A stretch of DNA of 64,000 bases from Lama glama (taxonomy: Eukaryota), in the NCBI GenBank assembly GCA_028534125.1, contig CM052832.1, positions 11,286,001 through 11,350,000 of the forward strand, read 5' to 3'. Positions 25,401-39,526 of this stretch are shown piece by piece. The notes beneath the pieces are model-generated. The model searched no databases. It was given only the letters and a program-made list of their open reading frames with translations, and was not told where the DNA came from. The position numbers were made by a program, and so were the translations under genes. Every line of letters begins with the position of its first letter. Positions within the stretch are counted from its first letter, which is position 1.

Positions 25401-27859
25401 ATAAACTGAATATTGAGGCTCCTCAGCTCAACAAAATTTGGCTCTATAAAGTGTGTTTTAGATGGCCTGGGGAAAAAGTGCAAGATTCTGGCTGTTGAAG
25501 CAAAGCCTCATTGACAAAATTGTCATTTTATATATCTGAACTAAGCAACCTGCCCTTCACAGCCTCCAAAGAGACATTAGCAACACAACTAGGCCTCTTA
25601 CACACTCATAGGTGGCTGCTCCCACAATATCCTGATCCAATTTGATGATTCCCCTAAGTGACTGAGTAAGACTCTGTGGTTAGGACTTCCCCTCTAGGCG
25701 TAGACTAGGTTGTACCTTCCATGTGTGCTGCGATAGCACATGGATTTTGTTTGTTTATATTATATTGTACCTAGATCAGTGCCGTGGAAGGAGGGAAATC
25801 ATAAATGTTTGTTGGAATAAATGGATGAATGAAGGGATAAATAATAGACTATCAACACATTTTTGATGCAATTTTGATGAAACATTTATTCTACATACAT
25901 GAATTTATGAGTAAATATGATATGGCTTGTTTTCAGCATAGCCAAATTGAAGCCATTGCTTTGAGGCTAAGTAAATCATACAAAGTACAACTTTTCTGAC
26001 TCATATCATGGCGTAATGAGCTGATCAGCCATGACTTGATCAAGCATGAACATGGTGAAAAAGCCAGTTTGACTGTTGACTGACCGGTGCAGTGGTAGCA
26101 TAGAGAACAGGTCTTTCCCTGTAATCTGCTGCTTTGCCGGCCTTAGACTTGTGGCCACATTTAAGGAAAGAAACCCAGATTAATGAGATGATATTCTGAA
26201 TACTGAAACAAAATAGGACATATATTTTCTGTATGTAGCACTTTCTTGGCCCAGATATTCTTAAGTAACTGTTGGAAAATTGCTGTAAAATACTTAGAGA
26301 ATTGGTCCCATTGTATGAGCCTTTATGGTACAGTGTAACCTCTGGTTGGGAGACCACATGTTAGAGTCACATAGGGGCCAGTTTTCCGGTTTAAATTTCA
26401 GCACAAAGGATTTACTGGAGGTATTGGGAAGATTTCATGACAGAGCTATTTAATACTAGAGAAAGTTATTAGGAGCAATTGTGGATTCTCTTGGCAGGCT
26501 TTAAATATAGTTCAGTTTCTCCTCTGTCCAGGAGAGTTTGTGTGGACCTACCTGAGAGCAGAAGGACAAACCAGACTGGTCATTCTAGCCCAAAGTTTTT
26601 GTAATTCCTTACAACCCAAGTGGGAGCTCTGGTCCTTAAATGACTTAGTTGTTATTTCTCCTATATTCAAATAAGAGCCACACACCGTTGCTGGACTGCT
26701 GACTGCCCGCTGTGTGAAGACCTTCATTATTGAGTTTTGTTTTCATTCACACTAAACATTTTCACTTGAGTGGAAATACATGTGCTAAGCCTCAGATCAC
26801 AGGGAAATTATTTAATGTATAACTCTAAACTTAATATGCTAAGTTAAGTAGTAGTAGAACAAAATAAGTTTTTTTCACCTTCATTTGTGAAACAAATTAT
26901 GCACTTCAGGAGAGGTGGGTGCTCATTTCCAAGCTGACAAAATTCTTTCTAAAATTTTTGCATTGAAAGAATTTAGGGAGAAAATAAAATAGTAAATAGA
27001 ATTTAAAAGATGTTGTAAGATGGTTAGGTATAATTATTCTGCTCTTTCAGCCATTACAGAATTTTCAAGATACCTAATAAGATCATGTACTTCCCTTATT
27101 TTGGAAATAGGTATTTTCTATATTTTTGTTTTAATTTTTTGAACTAAGAATATACTGAAAATATATAGCAATTTTTTAATGCAGTACAGAGATGTTTTTA
27201 ATGCAATGTGAATATTTGACTTTGAACTACCTGAATATTTAAATGAAACAGGCTCTGTTTCAGCTTCCCTCTGCATGTATCCATTATGTGTATGGAAAAT
27301 AGATCATACTAGTGTGTAGTTCTTTAAAAATAAAAATAGGCATGCTAACCAAGATGAGCATTTGGACTGTTTATGTGTGTGTTCTTTTTGTGTTCCAGCT
27401 CAACTTAACCTTTTAGTATCTGAACTTAGCACATGTTAAGACTGTCTTAACTCTACAGACTGCCGAATGCCTGTGTGGAAAGCAAATATTTGTATACCTA
27501 ATCACTTATTTCCATTAAATTCCTTTATTATTTTACAGATGAAATTTTAAAAATATATTGGTTTTAAGACAAAATAACCTTAAAGACTTTAAGTTAATAG
27601 AGAATTTGTGATATTGCACAACTCTTGTAAGTGTCAGAGCAATAATCATGTAATTGTATCCACTCTATTTGTTAAAATACAGGACAAAGTTAATTCCACT
27701 CTCTCCCTGGAGATTTAGTTGTTTGGTCATGCTGACTATGCTAATCTTTTAAATAATGAACAGATTTCTACATGGCTCCAAGCTTCCTAAGAATAGATGC
27801 AATGATTGATTCATCAAACCCTCCTCCCTTCCCTTCTTCTCTCCAAATTTCTCTTCCTT

Positions 27860-28590
27860 TGGCCCACTGGTTTTGTTGAATGCCCGTAGACTCCTAGTTA
27901 CTGTGATCTAGTTGATTCTGGATTGATTAAGACAGAATTTCTGTCCACAAGGAGAACACAGTCTTATGGGTCAAGTGGACAAAAAAAAAAAACCAGTCAC
28001 TTATTAATTGAGTGGAAGTGTAATGAGTGGAGGAAGGACGCAGAAGAGGAGCCTCAGTGCTTTTGTACAATGGTGATGGGAAGTTGAGAGTGACTGTGGA
28101 GAAGCAATAGTCAGAAAGAACTGTGATGAGCAGGGAGTAATGGAACTGAGTCTAAGACTTGGAGATTTAGGTGTTATACAAGCCAGTACTTGTGAGGAAA
28201 GAAGGAATTTGGTTGAGACAGATGGTTGGAGGGTGAGATTTCTGGGTAGTGGGGCAACTTGACTTTTCACACAAACAACTGAAATTAAGTATGGATGACT
28301 ATGTGGGAAACTTATGGGGAACTGGAGACAGGTCAAAAGACTAGAGAGGGGATAATGTGGAGGTAAGGGGAGGTGACACATGAAAAGTATTCTGGGTCAT
28401 GAAAAGCCGCATATGGCCTACAGAGAAAAGTAGGTCTTATCCTAAAAGCAATCAGAAACTACCAAATACTTTAAATCGGAGTGGTGGCTCAGTTATATGT
28501 GTTATATAAAAATCATTCTGGTGGCAGTGTAGGGAGAAGATGGATTGGAGGGACCCAAGATCATTTAGGATGCTATTAGTGTAAGGCAGG
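27860..28590 (-). mobile_element. L2 fragment, antisense
   Basis: Purine-rich antisense L2 motifs (aaaatcattctggtggcagtgtaggg...atggattggagg...ttaggatgctatt). Confidence 0.5.
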
Positions 28591-28905
28591 GTTTTTAGAG
28601 GCAAAGGCAGACTAAGGTCCAGGCAAATAGCACAAATAAATGAAACAGGCCAAGTTCAGAAACTGGAGAACGTGGACTTAGGGCCTAAGTAAATACCAGG
28701 AACAGTCACTACTTGGCTTCAACCAGTTATTGCTATTTGGGAAAGAAAAGACACCCCACCACACACATATACACACCCTATTGCACATTCATTATTTGCT
28801 TTTGGCTCTCAGATGAGTGTCAAACATTTTTAAAAACATGAACAGGTCAACACTATGCTGACCAAACAAAATAAATCTTTGGGCCAGATACAGCCTAAGC
28901 CAATA
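28590..28905 (-). mobile_element. MER102-like hAT-Charlie fragment
   Basis: acactatgctgaccaaacaaaataaatctttgggccaga resembles the recalled MER102 terminus. Confidence 0.45.
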
Positions 28906-28959
28906 TATCACTGAAGTGTGTTCTTTTGAACAATGATCTTTGAAAAATGAGTTCAGTGG

Positions 28960-30450
28960 TCAAATAAATTAGAAGCAATTGGAACTTGACAAAACTGATT
29001 TTGAAATTCACAAGAAAAGGAAAATGTGTAAGAATGAGCCAAGACAATTTCGCAGAAGCACAAAGATGAGGAAACTTACCCTACTACATATCAAACCGTA
29101 GTATAAATCTATGATAATTAAAATAATGCAGCTCTAGAACAGGAATGGACAAAGAAATTAATTAGATTAGAATAGATATTTCAGAAACAGTCTCATGTGT
29201 ATGTGAAAATTTATGATAAAGTTAGCATTTTAAATGAATTGAGGGACCATGGATCATTCAATAAATGGTTCTGGGGAAATTAGCTATCAACTGAGCAAAA
29301 ACAATGTTATATTCTAACATGCCATTAGCAAAAAAAAAGTAAGATGAATTAAATAACAAATTGTGAAGCAATAAAACAATAAATAGAGGAAATGAAGAAA
29401 ACATATTTATGATGTTGGATAACAGAAAGCCCTCTTAATGACATAAAATACAAGAAACAAATTTGACTTAATCAAACTAAAAAGAAATTTGGACAACAAA
29501 AGCCACCATAAATAGTATTAAAAGATAAGCTACTCTCTGGAAGAAAATATGCAACATAGAACAGGATTAATATCTATAACATGGAAATAACTCTTGCCAG
29601 TTAATGAGAAAGATGAACAATCCATTACAAATTTGTCAAAGGACATGAACAAGCAGTTCTCTGAAGAGGAAATATAATTAGTCAATAAACATGAAAATAT
29701 GCTTAATATGAATATGAAATATGAAAATATGCTTAATATGAATGTGAAATATGAAAATATGCTTAATCACATTGCAGTCAGATAAATGAAAATTAGAAAT
29801 ATGAGATACTTCTTCCTCTCACTAAATTGGCAAAATAAAACTTTGGTAATATAAGAGTAATTGAGAGAATGAGAAAACAGGAACTCTTCCACTACAGATG
29901 TGAGTGTACATTGGTGTGGCCACTTTGCAGGACATCACTGTCAGTATCTGTCACAACTGAAAGTATACCTGCTCCATGATACAGAAATTTCAGTTCGAAG
30001 CATCTACTTGTAGAGAAATAGGCTGTTGTCCCTCTAGCATCATCTGCAATGGCAAGAAACTGGAAAGAATCCAACTGTTCATCAGTGAGGGCTGGTTAAA
30101 TGAGGTGTCCATTTATGCTGTGACATGCTATACAGACTTAGAGCATGAAAGAATGCTGTGTATCTACTGATGATATAAGACGCATTACTGAGTGAACAAA
30201 ATACATCACCCAAGGATTCAGTGAGTACTAAACCAGTTATTTAAAAAAGGAAATAGACATAAAACAGTTCTGTATGTGAAAAAGTCTGAAAGTATGCCTG
30301 CAAAAGGGGTAACAGGAATTAACTATGGTGAAAGTTTGAGGTTGGGAGAGGGCAGTTTTGTTCAAGGGGGACTTACTTTTAGATATAGTTTAAATTTTAA
30401 TAAGCTTGTATTCATACATTTATGAATTGTGTAAACAAAAATAAAAGTAT
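28960..30450 (+). mobile_element. Old L1 (L1ME-like) ORF2 3' half and 3' UTR
   Basis: gaacttgacaaaactgattttgaaattca...cattcaataaatggt...tcaaaggacatgaacaagcagttc; A-rich and decayed. Confidence 0.8.
29691..29767. repeat. 30-bp tandem repeat, about 2.6 copies (atgaaaatatgcttaatatgaatatgaaat)
   Basis: Units at 29691-29720, 29721-29750 (1 mismatch) and a partial unit at 29751-29767. Confidence 0.92.
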
Positions 30451-33400
30451 TTTCAGTGATGAGAGAAACTTGAACTTGCTTATTTTCTAAGGAGGAAGCA
30501 GTCAACAGAAAGGAAGGAATCAAAAATACAGGAGAGGGTTATTTGATGGAGAAAGGTCCCCGGAGAGGTAGGAGAGAATACAATCTAGAATTTAGTTAGA
30601 AGAGATAAGCCTTGAATGGGAGGAGGACCAATCCTCTGGGATCACTGAGGAGGAGGAATGGATGAGGCTAATGGAGATGAATTTATATATGTGGGGGTGG
30701 AGGCTGGGAGGGGAGAGAGGAGCTGAGGAATTTCCTGTATGATGACCTCTATGTTCATTCTGAAGTAACAGCATGTCCCCCCACCACCACCCTCATGTCC
30801 TGTCTTCCTCACTGTGGATATCAGTAAACGTGACGAACTGGCTTCTCCACCTGTTCACCTCAAGCACATTTAATGTTAATATCTCATTACTCTTGGGCTC
30901 TTGCCTCTTGTTATCTTTGTAAAGAGTAACTCGTTACCGCTGCATGTGCTCCCAGAAGTCCTCCCATCATATGCTGAGAGCAGCAAGCTCAGAATAATGG
31001 GCCAAATCAGTGAACAGTTCCTCTTGTTGGAAGGAACCTGGGGGATTGCTTTCAAATGGCTTGCTTTAATTCTCCTGTACCCCATTTTATACTCAAGAGT
31101 ATTTGTCTCCTGTGTATCCAGAGGTCCCATTTCCAGCTTTCTCCCGAGGGAAGTCTATGAATCCACCCCCCTCCCACCGGCATTCTCTGGAATGTTTTGG
31201 GGTTTTTTGCTTGCAGTCTCACAAAGCCCTCTGTTGTTCCCCTTTAAAGTAGGGGACAAGTGGCTCTGCCCATCGTCTTCTTTAGACTTTGAGAGCCTAC
31301 TAGCCACCTGTTCTTACCTTTTATGTAAAATATATTTAGCCACTCATTACAAGTTATAATCCCTTTGTGATCCTTGGGTTCCAGATAGGGAATTGAAAAG
31401 AGTTTTTAGATATCAGACATCCAATGAAATTGAGAAAAGTATCTGAGTCCTTTCTTCTTCTGCTCTTTAACTTCTGACTTTCCTAGAGGCTGTCCCTGGA
31501 TAGCTGCCTTCAGGAGAAAAACTCTAATAAGATGAGCCATTCTTTTCTGTTTTCTATGCTATTAATGCCATTACTAACATGTTGATGTTAAAGGCATGTC
31601 TTTTGTTCCTCTCTCTCAATGGATGACACAGATTTTATGTTATTATTTTTCTGTCCTAACTTTAGCCATCCTAGTTAGTGTTAAGTGCTACAAAACAGTG
31701 TTTCACAGGATTTTACTGTATAATTAATGAAAATCAAGGTACTCAAGATGAAAGGATTATAGATCTGTACTATATTCATGCCTTTAAGATGCTCTCTACA
31801 TGCAGTGAGCAAAGGTGTGGTTTTAAGATGAGTACAAATGAAAAGTATTAGAACGGATAATTTAATTGTATATAACTTAATCTGTCGTCTTAATCTTTTT
31901 ATTATGATTAGCCCTCACATTTTTTTTAAAAAAATGAAGGCAGTAAACTTAATCTCTAAGACTTTTATGTTTTTTTTTCCGATGAACTTCTGAACAAAGC
32001 AACTTTGAGATGAATATTTAACTGGATAGGATTCTAATGAACACACTAGATTATTAAGTTTAAAAAAAAGATGATCAGATTCATTTTATAACTTAATTAG
32101 ATAGTAGGAAGAGTATTTTATTTGGAATTAGATAGACCTTAATGTTGGTCTTACCACTTACTAAGTGTCACCTTGATCTAGTTAACTTCCCTAAAGCTCA
32201 GTTTTTTCATCTTAAAGGGAAGATAATAGAGAGAAGTCTCAGGAGAAATTCTCTAGAGAATGAAGGAGAAAGAGTGTGTTTGAGAGAAAAAATAATGAGT
32301 TCAGTCTTTATCAGACTAAATTTGAAGTGCTACAGAAAAGTTTAGATGTGTAAATTTGCATTGATTAGTTTAAGACTAGAGATTTTTCAGTGTATTAAGA
32401 CCAGGTTATTAACAAAACTTGATAAAATGGTATTTCAACTATACCATTCATAAACTAATAGCAGGATATGTTTCTCACAACATTTTGTGAACACTGTTCT
32501 CTTCCCACAGTGGCTCCTAGGAGTGCCCCTCCTAGGGTGTCTTCTCCACCAACACTGGCCTCCCCTGCTGCTCTCATGTCCCTCTAATGACCACTACTCA
32601 CCCTTGGACCCCCACCCACCTGTGTCAACTCTTTTATGGCCTACAGGATGAACAGTCAGCTCAAAAATAGTCTGGCCCATACTTTCTGCCTGGTGTTCTG
32701 TTCCTTTCCCCTCATTCCTTTATGAGTGATTCCAGTCAGGTCACAACTTTATATCTCATTAGATCCTGTGTATGCATGATGTAACTAAAACTATAGTGAA
32801 GAGTAACTAGAAACTTCTTGAGATATATTTTTAGTTACCTTTCTGTTCCCAAGGACAAATTTTCCAAGAATGTGAAAGATGTCTTCCATTTCACACAAAA
32901 TTTAAATCAAGTTAGAAGATCTTATTTAGCAAATAATCTTGAGACTGAAAGTTTAGAGAAGAAGGCTTGTAATTCAAATATAAACTAGAGCTCCATGTGG
33001 TCCAGTCTGTGTATAGTGTCATTTTGAAGATACACTCAAGTCAGGTTGTTTTCAGGCTCTCAAGCAAATGCAAGGGGTAGGAGAGTGAATTTTTAATATG
33101 TTGCAGACATCTTTAACATCCTTTCTCCACTGCTGCTTTTCTCAGCAAGCATCCCCCACACCAGCAGTAACTGCCTGCTGCCCTCCCCCGCCACTCTGCA
33201 GTTCTCTTTTTCCCCCTCTCCACTCTCTTTCAGAAGTCTTCAGATGACTAATCCCTGCAAGGTAGGCCCTTTGTCCACCTCTCAGCCTACATTCCTGGAT
33301 TTCTGTTTCTACAGCTGGAGCAACCAAAAGCTCCATTCAGTCTTGAGAGGAAAAGAATGGAATCCCCAGAAAAATACAGTTTTCTCACTTTGCCTTTCTA

Positions 33401-33724
33401 GGCAGAAATCCTTGTAGAGGAATTTTTATAAATTCTCCATCTCTCTACAGACACAGTTATAAAGAAGCCATTTGGGCTTTTTTTTTTTACACATAGATTA
33501 ATGTGTAAATTGGAAGATTATATAGGCATAATATATGCACATGCGTATATATTTGAAGATACTTGTCTTGCTAATTATTTTGCACTGTAAGTTTTTTTTC
33601 CCTATAAATTCACATATCACATGGTGCCAAGCTTTTAATATCATATAATGAATGCTTTAAAAATGTGGTTGGTCAATTTACTGACAGAGAACTCAGTGTT
33701 ACAAGTTTAGGGAAAAGTGTTTTC

Positions 33725-33761
<37 letters not shown>

Positions 33762-34807
33762 TGGTATCCTTTCAAAATATACACAGAGTAACCAGTCCAG
33801 ACTTTATGCAAGATTCTGCCCAAATAAATTTCTATAGACAAAGAATTTTTCCACATCATTGTATAAAACTTTTGTTGTTTCATTTGAGTTGCCTCCTTAG
33901 ATGGTCATCTGAAAATGATTATATATTTAATGACTCTTAAGTGTTTATTCTCAAGGGTCACAGAAAAAATATCTGTCATAAATGCTACAGTAAATGCATT
34001 TTTCATAATATAAATAAGATAAAAGTAAGTGTAGCCTTCACTTTTAAACACAGTATACTGGACTTAAAACTAAAACATATTTCAGCACTGGATTGTGTTC
34101 AGAAGGGATCATTTTCTTCTGTTGAAGTTTCATGCATTTCTGTTACATTTCCAGGGTTAAACTGCTTATTACTAATACTGAGACAAAATGGTTTCTTCAG
34201 AAACTTGGGAAATAATAAACAACCTCGTTTAGAGAGCACTTTGGCCTGGATTTGATCCATGAACTTATGGATATGAAGCCACTTGGTGTGTTTAAGATCT
34301 CGAGGATCCTTTCAAGGGAAATTGTTTGGATTATGTACACTATGGTGTGTTTGCCTCTTGCAAAGTTTGGTTTGAAGTAGTTGGGACAAGACTGTGAACA
34401 AATCCCTGAGAATCGTAGAGCTGGAAAGGAACTCAAAAGGTCCTTCTCCTCAGCCCTTGTATCCAAGGAGAAGAATTTGCGAATCATTCAAGGCAGATGG
34501 TTGCTGATCCTGTTTTTGTGACACATCCAAGCGTGGGAGTCCTGATTGTGCCAAAGTGACTGTTTAAGAAGAAAGCACCCAACATTCTTGTTTTCCTATC
34601 ACATTTTAAAACTTAGAAAATGTGAGCTACTATGGGAGAGGGACCCAGTCTGGTTCTTGAGTGGTTGACATGCGAGGCGGTTGCCTACGACATTTCAAAA
34701 TCTGGAAGATTTTTCTGTGCTCACATCATTCTTATATTTAGTTGAGTTTAGTTTTTTTTTTTAAATCATAGTGTTACTCTCTTAACATTATCTGAGTTAC
34801 TTTATAC

Positions 34808-35030
34808 CAGCAGTTGCAAAATTCAAAATTCCTTAGAGGGCAGGCAGCTAATCTGAAGTAAACCAATGAAGGCAATATGGGAGTGGTGGTTTCTGTGCCT
34901 GAACTGGGGAGCAGAGGTCCCAGAGGCTAAGATCATTCAGATTGACTTAAAAAAAAAAAAAGATAGCACTGTACAAACAAAATGCTCTGTTGGCTGAACT
35001 TGGCCTGTGAGTTTATTTGTGGCCCTGATC
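34808..35030 (-). mobile_element. MER102-like hAT-Charlie element
   Basis: atgggagtggtggtttctgtgcctgaactgggga and the end gcactgtacaaacaaaatgctctgttggctgaacttggcctgtgag...ggccctg. A related piece lies at about 35599-35680. Confidence 0.5.
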
Positions 35031-35764
35031 CAGTGTGCCCAGTGGACCCACAGGCACTTATAAAAAGCTTTAAATGATTATCCCAAGAGTATCAATTACC
35101 ACTTAATCTACATTTGCTGTTTTATTTTTCTGACAAAAACATATTTTGAATGTATAAGTTAATTATATTTAATCTAGATACTCTTGCCTTGGACATTCCT
35201 TTCCAAAAAATAACTAATGATTTGTTTAGGTCAGCTAAGGTTAGTCATGTAACCCACTTTATTCCTGTATCAGGATTTACAGCTGAATCAATACATCATA
35301 CAAGTGAATCTTTAAATCATCTTAGAATGATCTTGCCAGAACATGCTTTTACAAGGGATGTTGTCTGAACCAGGGGAACTAAACTTGCATGTCTTTAACC
35401 AGGACTTCCGTGACATACCTCAAGGGGGCGTGATTCACAGTATCCACATGCATGACGGAGCCCTCACTGTGCAGCTGTGGGGGAGCAGTGGCATTCGTGT
35501 GGACCACACTGCAAATGGTACCCTGTTACCATGCAGTGATGCAGCCCTGCCCTCAGGTCTCAGCTGGTATACATTTGAGAAGTTACTGAGTTTAAGACCA
35601 TAGGGAGTTTGGGGATTGTGGCAAACTGGAGAAGACACGTCCCACATAAAGGCATTCACATTTAGATAAGTTTAAACATTCCTAAAGGCAGAATTCGCTG
35701 CTACCTTGAGACCGCTTGTCTAAACTGTGGTGCAAAAGATGTTTTTCAGATCACTCAAGGAATC

Positions 35765-36310
35765 TGCATTAGTTAGGACTCTTTTGGTTGCATACAATAG
35801 AATTCCAACTCAAATAGAAGAGAGGATTTCCTGACTCACGTAACTGGGTTAGCTAAGGGAACTGAAGAGAGGGGGACGGTGCTACAAAAATCAGAGTTGT
35901 CACTGTTTGAACTAGGTACATGACCAGGCCAAGATTCCTTCTCCACCTGTCTTACCCGTGCTTAGCCCTGCTTCCCTGTGCAGGAGGGCAGAGGACACAG
36001 CCTCTGGCAGCTATGGTTCAAGGATCCCTGCAAAAAGAAAGCTTTTTTCCTTTCAAAATTCATATGGAACAGACTTCTGTTTACTCTTCTTGAGGCATGT
36101 CATCAGCCTCTTAGAAGAGTAGCTGTTGCAGACTGGGCAGGCATTGTGGGGACCGTGGTGGAGTGTGGTGGTATGATCGGTCAGGCCTGAGTCTTGTGCC
36201 CCACACACTTGCCAGTTCCTCATGAGCTTGAAGACGGGAGTGGAGTGTGGGGAGGGGGTAAGGGTGGGGCTACCACCAGAAGAAGAGGTAACTAAGAAAG
36301 TTTGCTGGGC
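35765..36310 (-). mobile_element. Old MaLR LTR (MLT1J/K-like)
   Basis: attagttaggactcttttggttgca...agaattccaactcaaa...gactcacgtaactg is a typical old MLT1 antisense start. Confidence 0.55.
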
Positions 36311-37989
36311 AGAAAAATTTAGCTCTCTAAGTGTACTGCCTTCTCAAGTTTCCCCAAAGGGTAGATCCCCTCACTTTTTTTCTCCCTCCTTCTCCTTTAT
36401 AACAAAGGGATGCCCAATGACCAAAATTTGCTAGAAATTTTGCAAGTTGTTTGCTCATTTGGCTTAACAGATGGGAAGATTATTTTTATTTATGGCAAAA
36501 CTGTTGTGTTAATTATGAGTTGCTACTGTTTTTGGTTCAAATTCTTCTTAAAAATTCAAGCTGCTGAATTACGCATCAGAAATATTCTGGAAGTGAAACA
36601 ATTGAGTCACTTACTCTAGTTTCTGTAAAAGACAGTGGGCTGCCCCGGAAAGCTGCTTGAGGCTACTTCGGAGGGACTTTATTCTAGGAAGAGGGCAGCA
36701 GTGGACAGAAATGAACTGTTCTGAGAATAAAAAAACAAATTAAAATTAGGGAATTTCAGCTACTTGGGCTCTTAGAATTGCGTGAAAGGCAAGATGAAGT
36801 ACTATATAGGGGCCTTAATTTTGATAATTCTGGTCCAGATTAGTCTTATTGACATAAAGATTTTTAGCCAAATTAAACATAAATATGGTACAATTTCTAT
36901 TTGGTTAATAAATTCTGTTCTTAGTACTCACTGGTTTATATGTGTTTTCTTGTAAACTAATTTGATTTGTTCTTATAAAAGATTTTTTTAAATTATGAAT
37001 ATATATTTTCCTGGGATTATTAATTTTTTTCAGGTCCAACTGCATGGTCTTTTAAGGTCCCACCTCACTTGCCCCTCTGCCCTCAAAAATGAAGGCAGCC
37101 CCACCCAGAGTCTGAGTCCACCCTGCTCCTGGATCAAACAGCTGTTTAAGCAGAGTTCAGATATCTATTTTTCAGAAATACCTTAGAAGGGATTCTTCTG
37201 TTGGACAAAAAGTAGTTAGAAAATCTCTAACGACACCGATTTTCCAACTCTGGTTATCTCCTCAAATTTGAGGGACTATAGTACCATTTATTTGGTTCAG
37301 GGAACTAAATTATCATCACAGTGATAATTTGTTGTTGGTTACTTTGATGTAGATGCCGTATAAGGAGATTCTTACAGCCTCCTCATCTAGTTCAACAAAA
37401 TGAAGTCTCACTTTATGCAGACACTTCTAGACAGTCATCTTCTATTTGGGGTCTAGTTAAACAAATAAAGAGTAATGAAAGTGAAAAACTAAAGTGGTTT
37501 GTATTTTTCTAGTGTGTGTGTGGAATAATATTCCAGTTTATAATCCGCAAGAGGGAGAAGCTGTCTTTCTGTTTCATTCATGCAAATATTAAAATGTAAG
37601 AAATGACAATATCTTAGCTTTGTAATTTAAATTTCTAGGCAAAATGCATTTTTCAAAAGGAAGGAAAAGATTTCTGCAATGGAGCTTTCATCTGATCATC
37701 AAACTCTGGTTTATAGAGCGTTGATTTATTTACATGAATCAGGACTGTCTCTAGCTCGGATGAATTAGGCAGTAGCCTGCATTTTTTGTTAGTTTAGGAA
37801 GCTCAGTAATATTTCTTACCAGAAATGTGTATACCATTGTTCATTGCTGAAATTTATCATTTGCTTTTCGTTACTTTTATTAATTACTATTTTCTTTTTC
37901 TGTGTTTTAAAAATACTACTACCAAGGTGTTAAAACACATCTAGTTACTAACAACTTGGAATAGATTCTTCCTTACTATTTTATTGTTA

Positions 37990-38590
37990 CAAGAGCCTCA
38001 TTGAGATATTATTCATATACCCCAAATTTCACTTTAAAGTATACAATTTAGTAGTTTTTAGTACAAATCTGCAACCACCAATCACCATTATCTAATTTTA
38101 TAACATTTTCATCATTCCCAAAAAGAAGCCCCATACCACACCCATTAGCCGTCACTCCCCAGATGCCTTACTCCCAGCTCTGGCAACCACTAATCTGCTT
38201 TCTATCTCTTTGGATTTGCTCATGTTAGATATTTTATATAAATGGAATCCTACAATATGTGACCTTTTATAACTGGCTTTATCACTTAATGTAATCATAT
38301 CCCATGGTACGAATATGACACATTTTGTTTATCCACTCATCAGTTTGGGTTATTTTCACTTCTTGGCCATGTGAATAATTCTACTATAAACATTTTTACA
38401 AATTTTTTTGTGGATGTGTTTTCCATTCTGCTGGGCTATACCTAGGAGTGGAATTGCTGGGTCATATGGTAACTTTATGTTTATATTTTGAGGAACTGCA
38501 AAACTTTTTCAGAACACCTGCACCCTTAACATTGCCACCAGAAATGTATCAGGAATCCAACTTCTCCACATCCTCACAACACTTGTAATT
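37990..38590 (-). mobile_element. L1MB-like 3' end, antisense
   Basis: attgagatatattcatatacc...ggcaaccactaatctgctttctatctct...atacctaggagtggaattgctgggtcatatggtaact. Confidence 0.85.
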
Positions 38591-38599
38591 ATCTTAATT

Positions 38600-39040
38600 T
38601 TCAGCTCCAGAATTTCTATTTGGTTCCTTTTTAAGTTATTTCTATCTTTTTATTCATAGTCTTTTTTATGTGAGATACTATTCTCATGTATTTTAAAATT
38701 CTTTAAACATGCTTTACTTTTGTTTTTTGAACGTATTTGCAGTAACTCACTTAAATTCTTTATCTAGATAGTAAGCCATACTACCGCTTGAGGATTGGGC
38801 TTCCTCAAGGATGGTTTCTATGTAACATTTTATATCTTGTCTATGGGAAATATGTTCCTATTTCTTTGTGTGTCTCAAAAAATTTTATTGTAAAACTGGG
38901 CATTTTAAGTGATGTAATATGACAGCTCCGGAAATCAGATTCCCACCCTCCCCAGGGTCTGTTATTGTTACTTGTTACTGTTGTTGTTGCTGCTGCTTAT
39001 TTTGTTGTTGTTGTTTAGTGAATTTTCTGGACTAATTCTG
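38600..39040 (-). mobile_element. Old L1 5'/ORF1 fragment, antisense
   Basis: ttcagctccagaatttctatttggttc...ggaaatcagattcccaccctccccaggg. Confidence 0.55.
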
Positions 39041-39086
39041 TAAAAGAGAATTACCGTATGATCTGGCAATCCCACTTGTGGGTATA

Positions 39087-39360
39087 CAGTCAGCCTTCAG
39101 TATCCCTGGGGCATTCATTCCAGGATCCCTCGCATTTACCAAAGTCTGTAAATGCTCAAGTCCCATAGTTGGTTTCCTGTATCTGTTGGTTTCAAATCTG
39201 TCGCTTCAGCCAACCTCATGTGGAAATTTTGATCCACAGTTGGTTGAATCTGCAGGTGTGAAACCTGTGAATACAGAGGGCCAACTTTATTTATTGAAAA
39301 AAAAAACTACATAAAAGTGGACCTGCACAGTTCTAACCCAAGTTGTTCAAGGGTCAACTG
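39087..39360. mobile_element. Tigger2/MER2-family MITE inserted in L1
   Basis: Ends cagtcagccttcagtatcc...gttgttcaagggtcaactg with TA on both sides. Removing it restores the L1 sequence gggtata|tccaaaggaaatgaaatca. Confidence 0.85.
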
Positions 39361-39463
39361 TATATCCAAAGGAAATGAAATCACTATCTGCACTCCCAAG
39401 GCAATTGCCAAGACATAGGAAAACTTAAGTGTTCATGTATGGATGAATGGCTAAGGATGTGGT

Positions 39464-39472
39464 GTATATATG

Positions 39473-39514
<42 letters not shown>

Positions 39515-39526
39515 ACATATATATAT
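39464..39526. repeat. (TA)n microsatellite within L1
   Basis: Read directly. Confidence 0.95.

Noticed and set aside
29691..29767. 30-bp repeats as a CRISPR-like array
   Set aside because: Head-to-tail units without spacers, in mammalian L1 DNA.
30901..31359. 152-aa hydrophobic ORF
   Set aside because: TTG start, no recognisable domain or splice context; composition fits pyrimidine-rich non-coding DNA.
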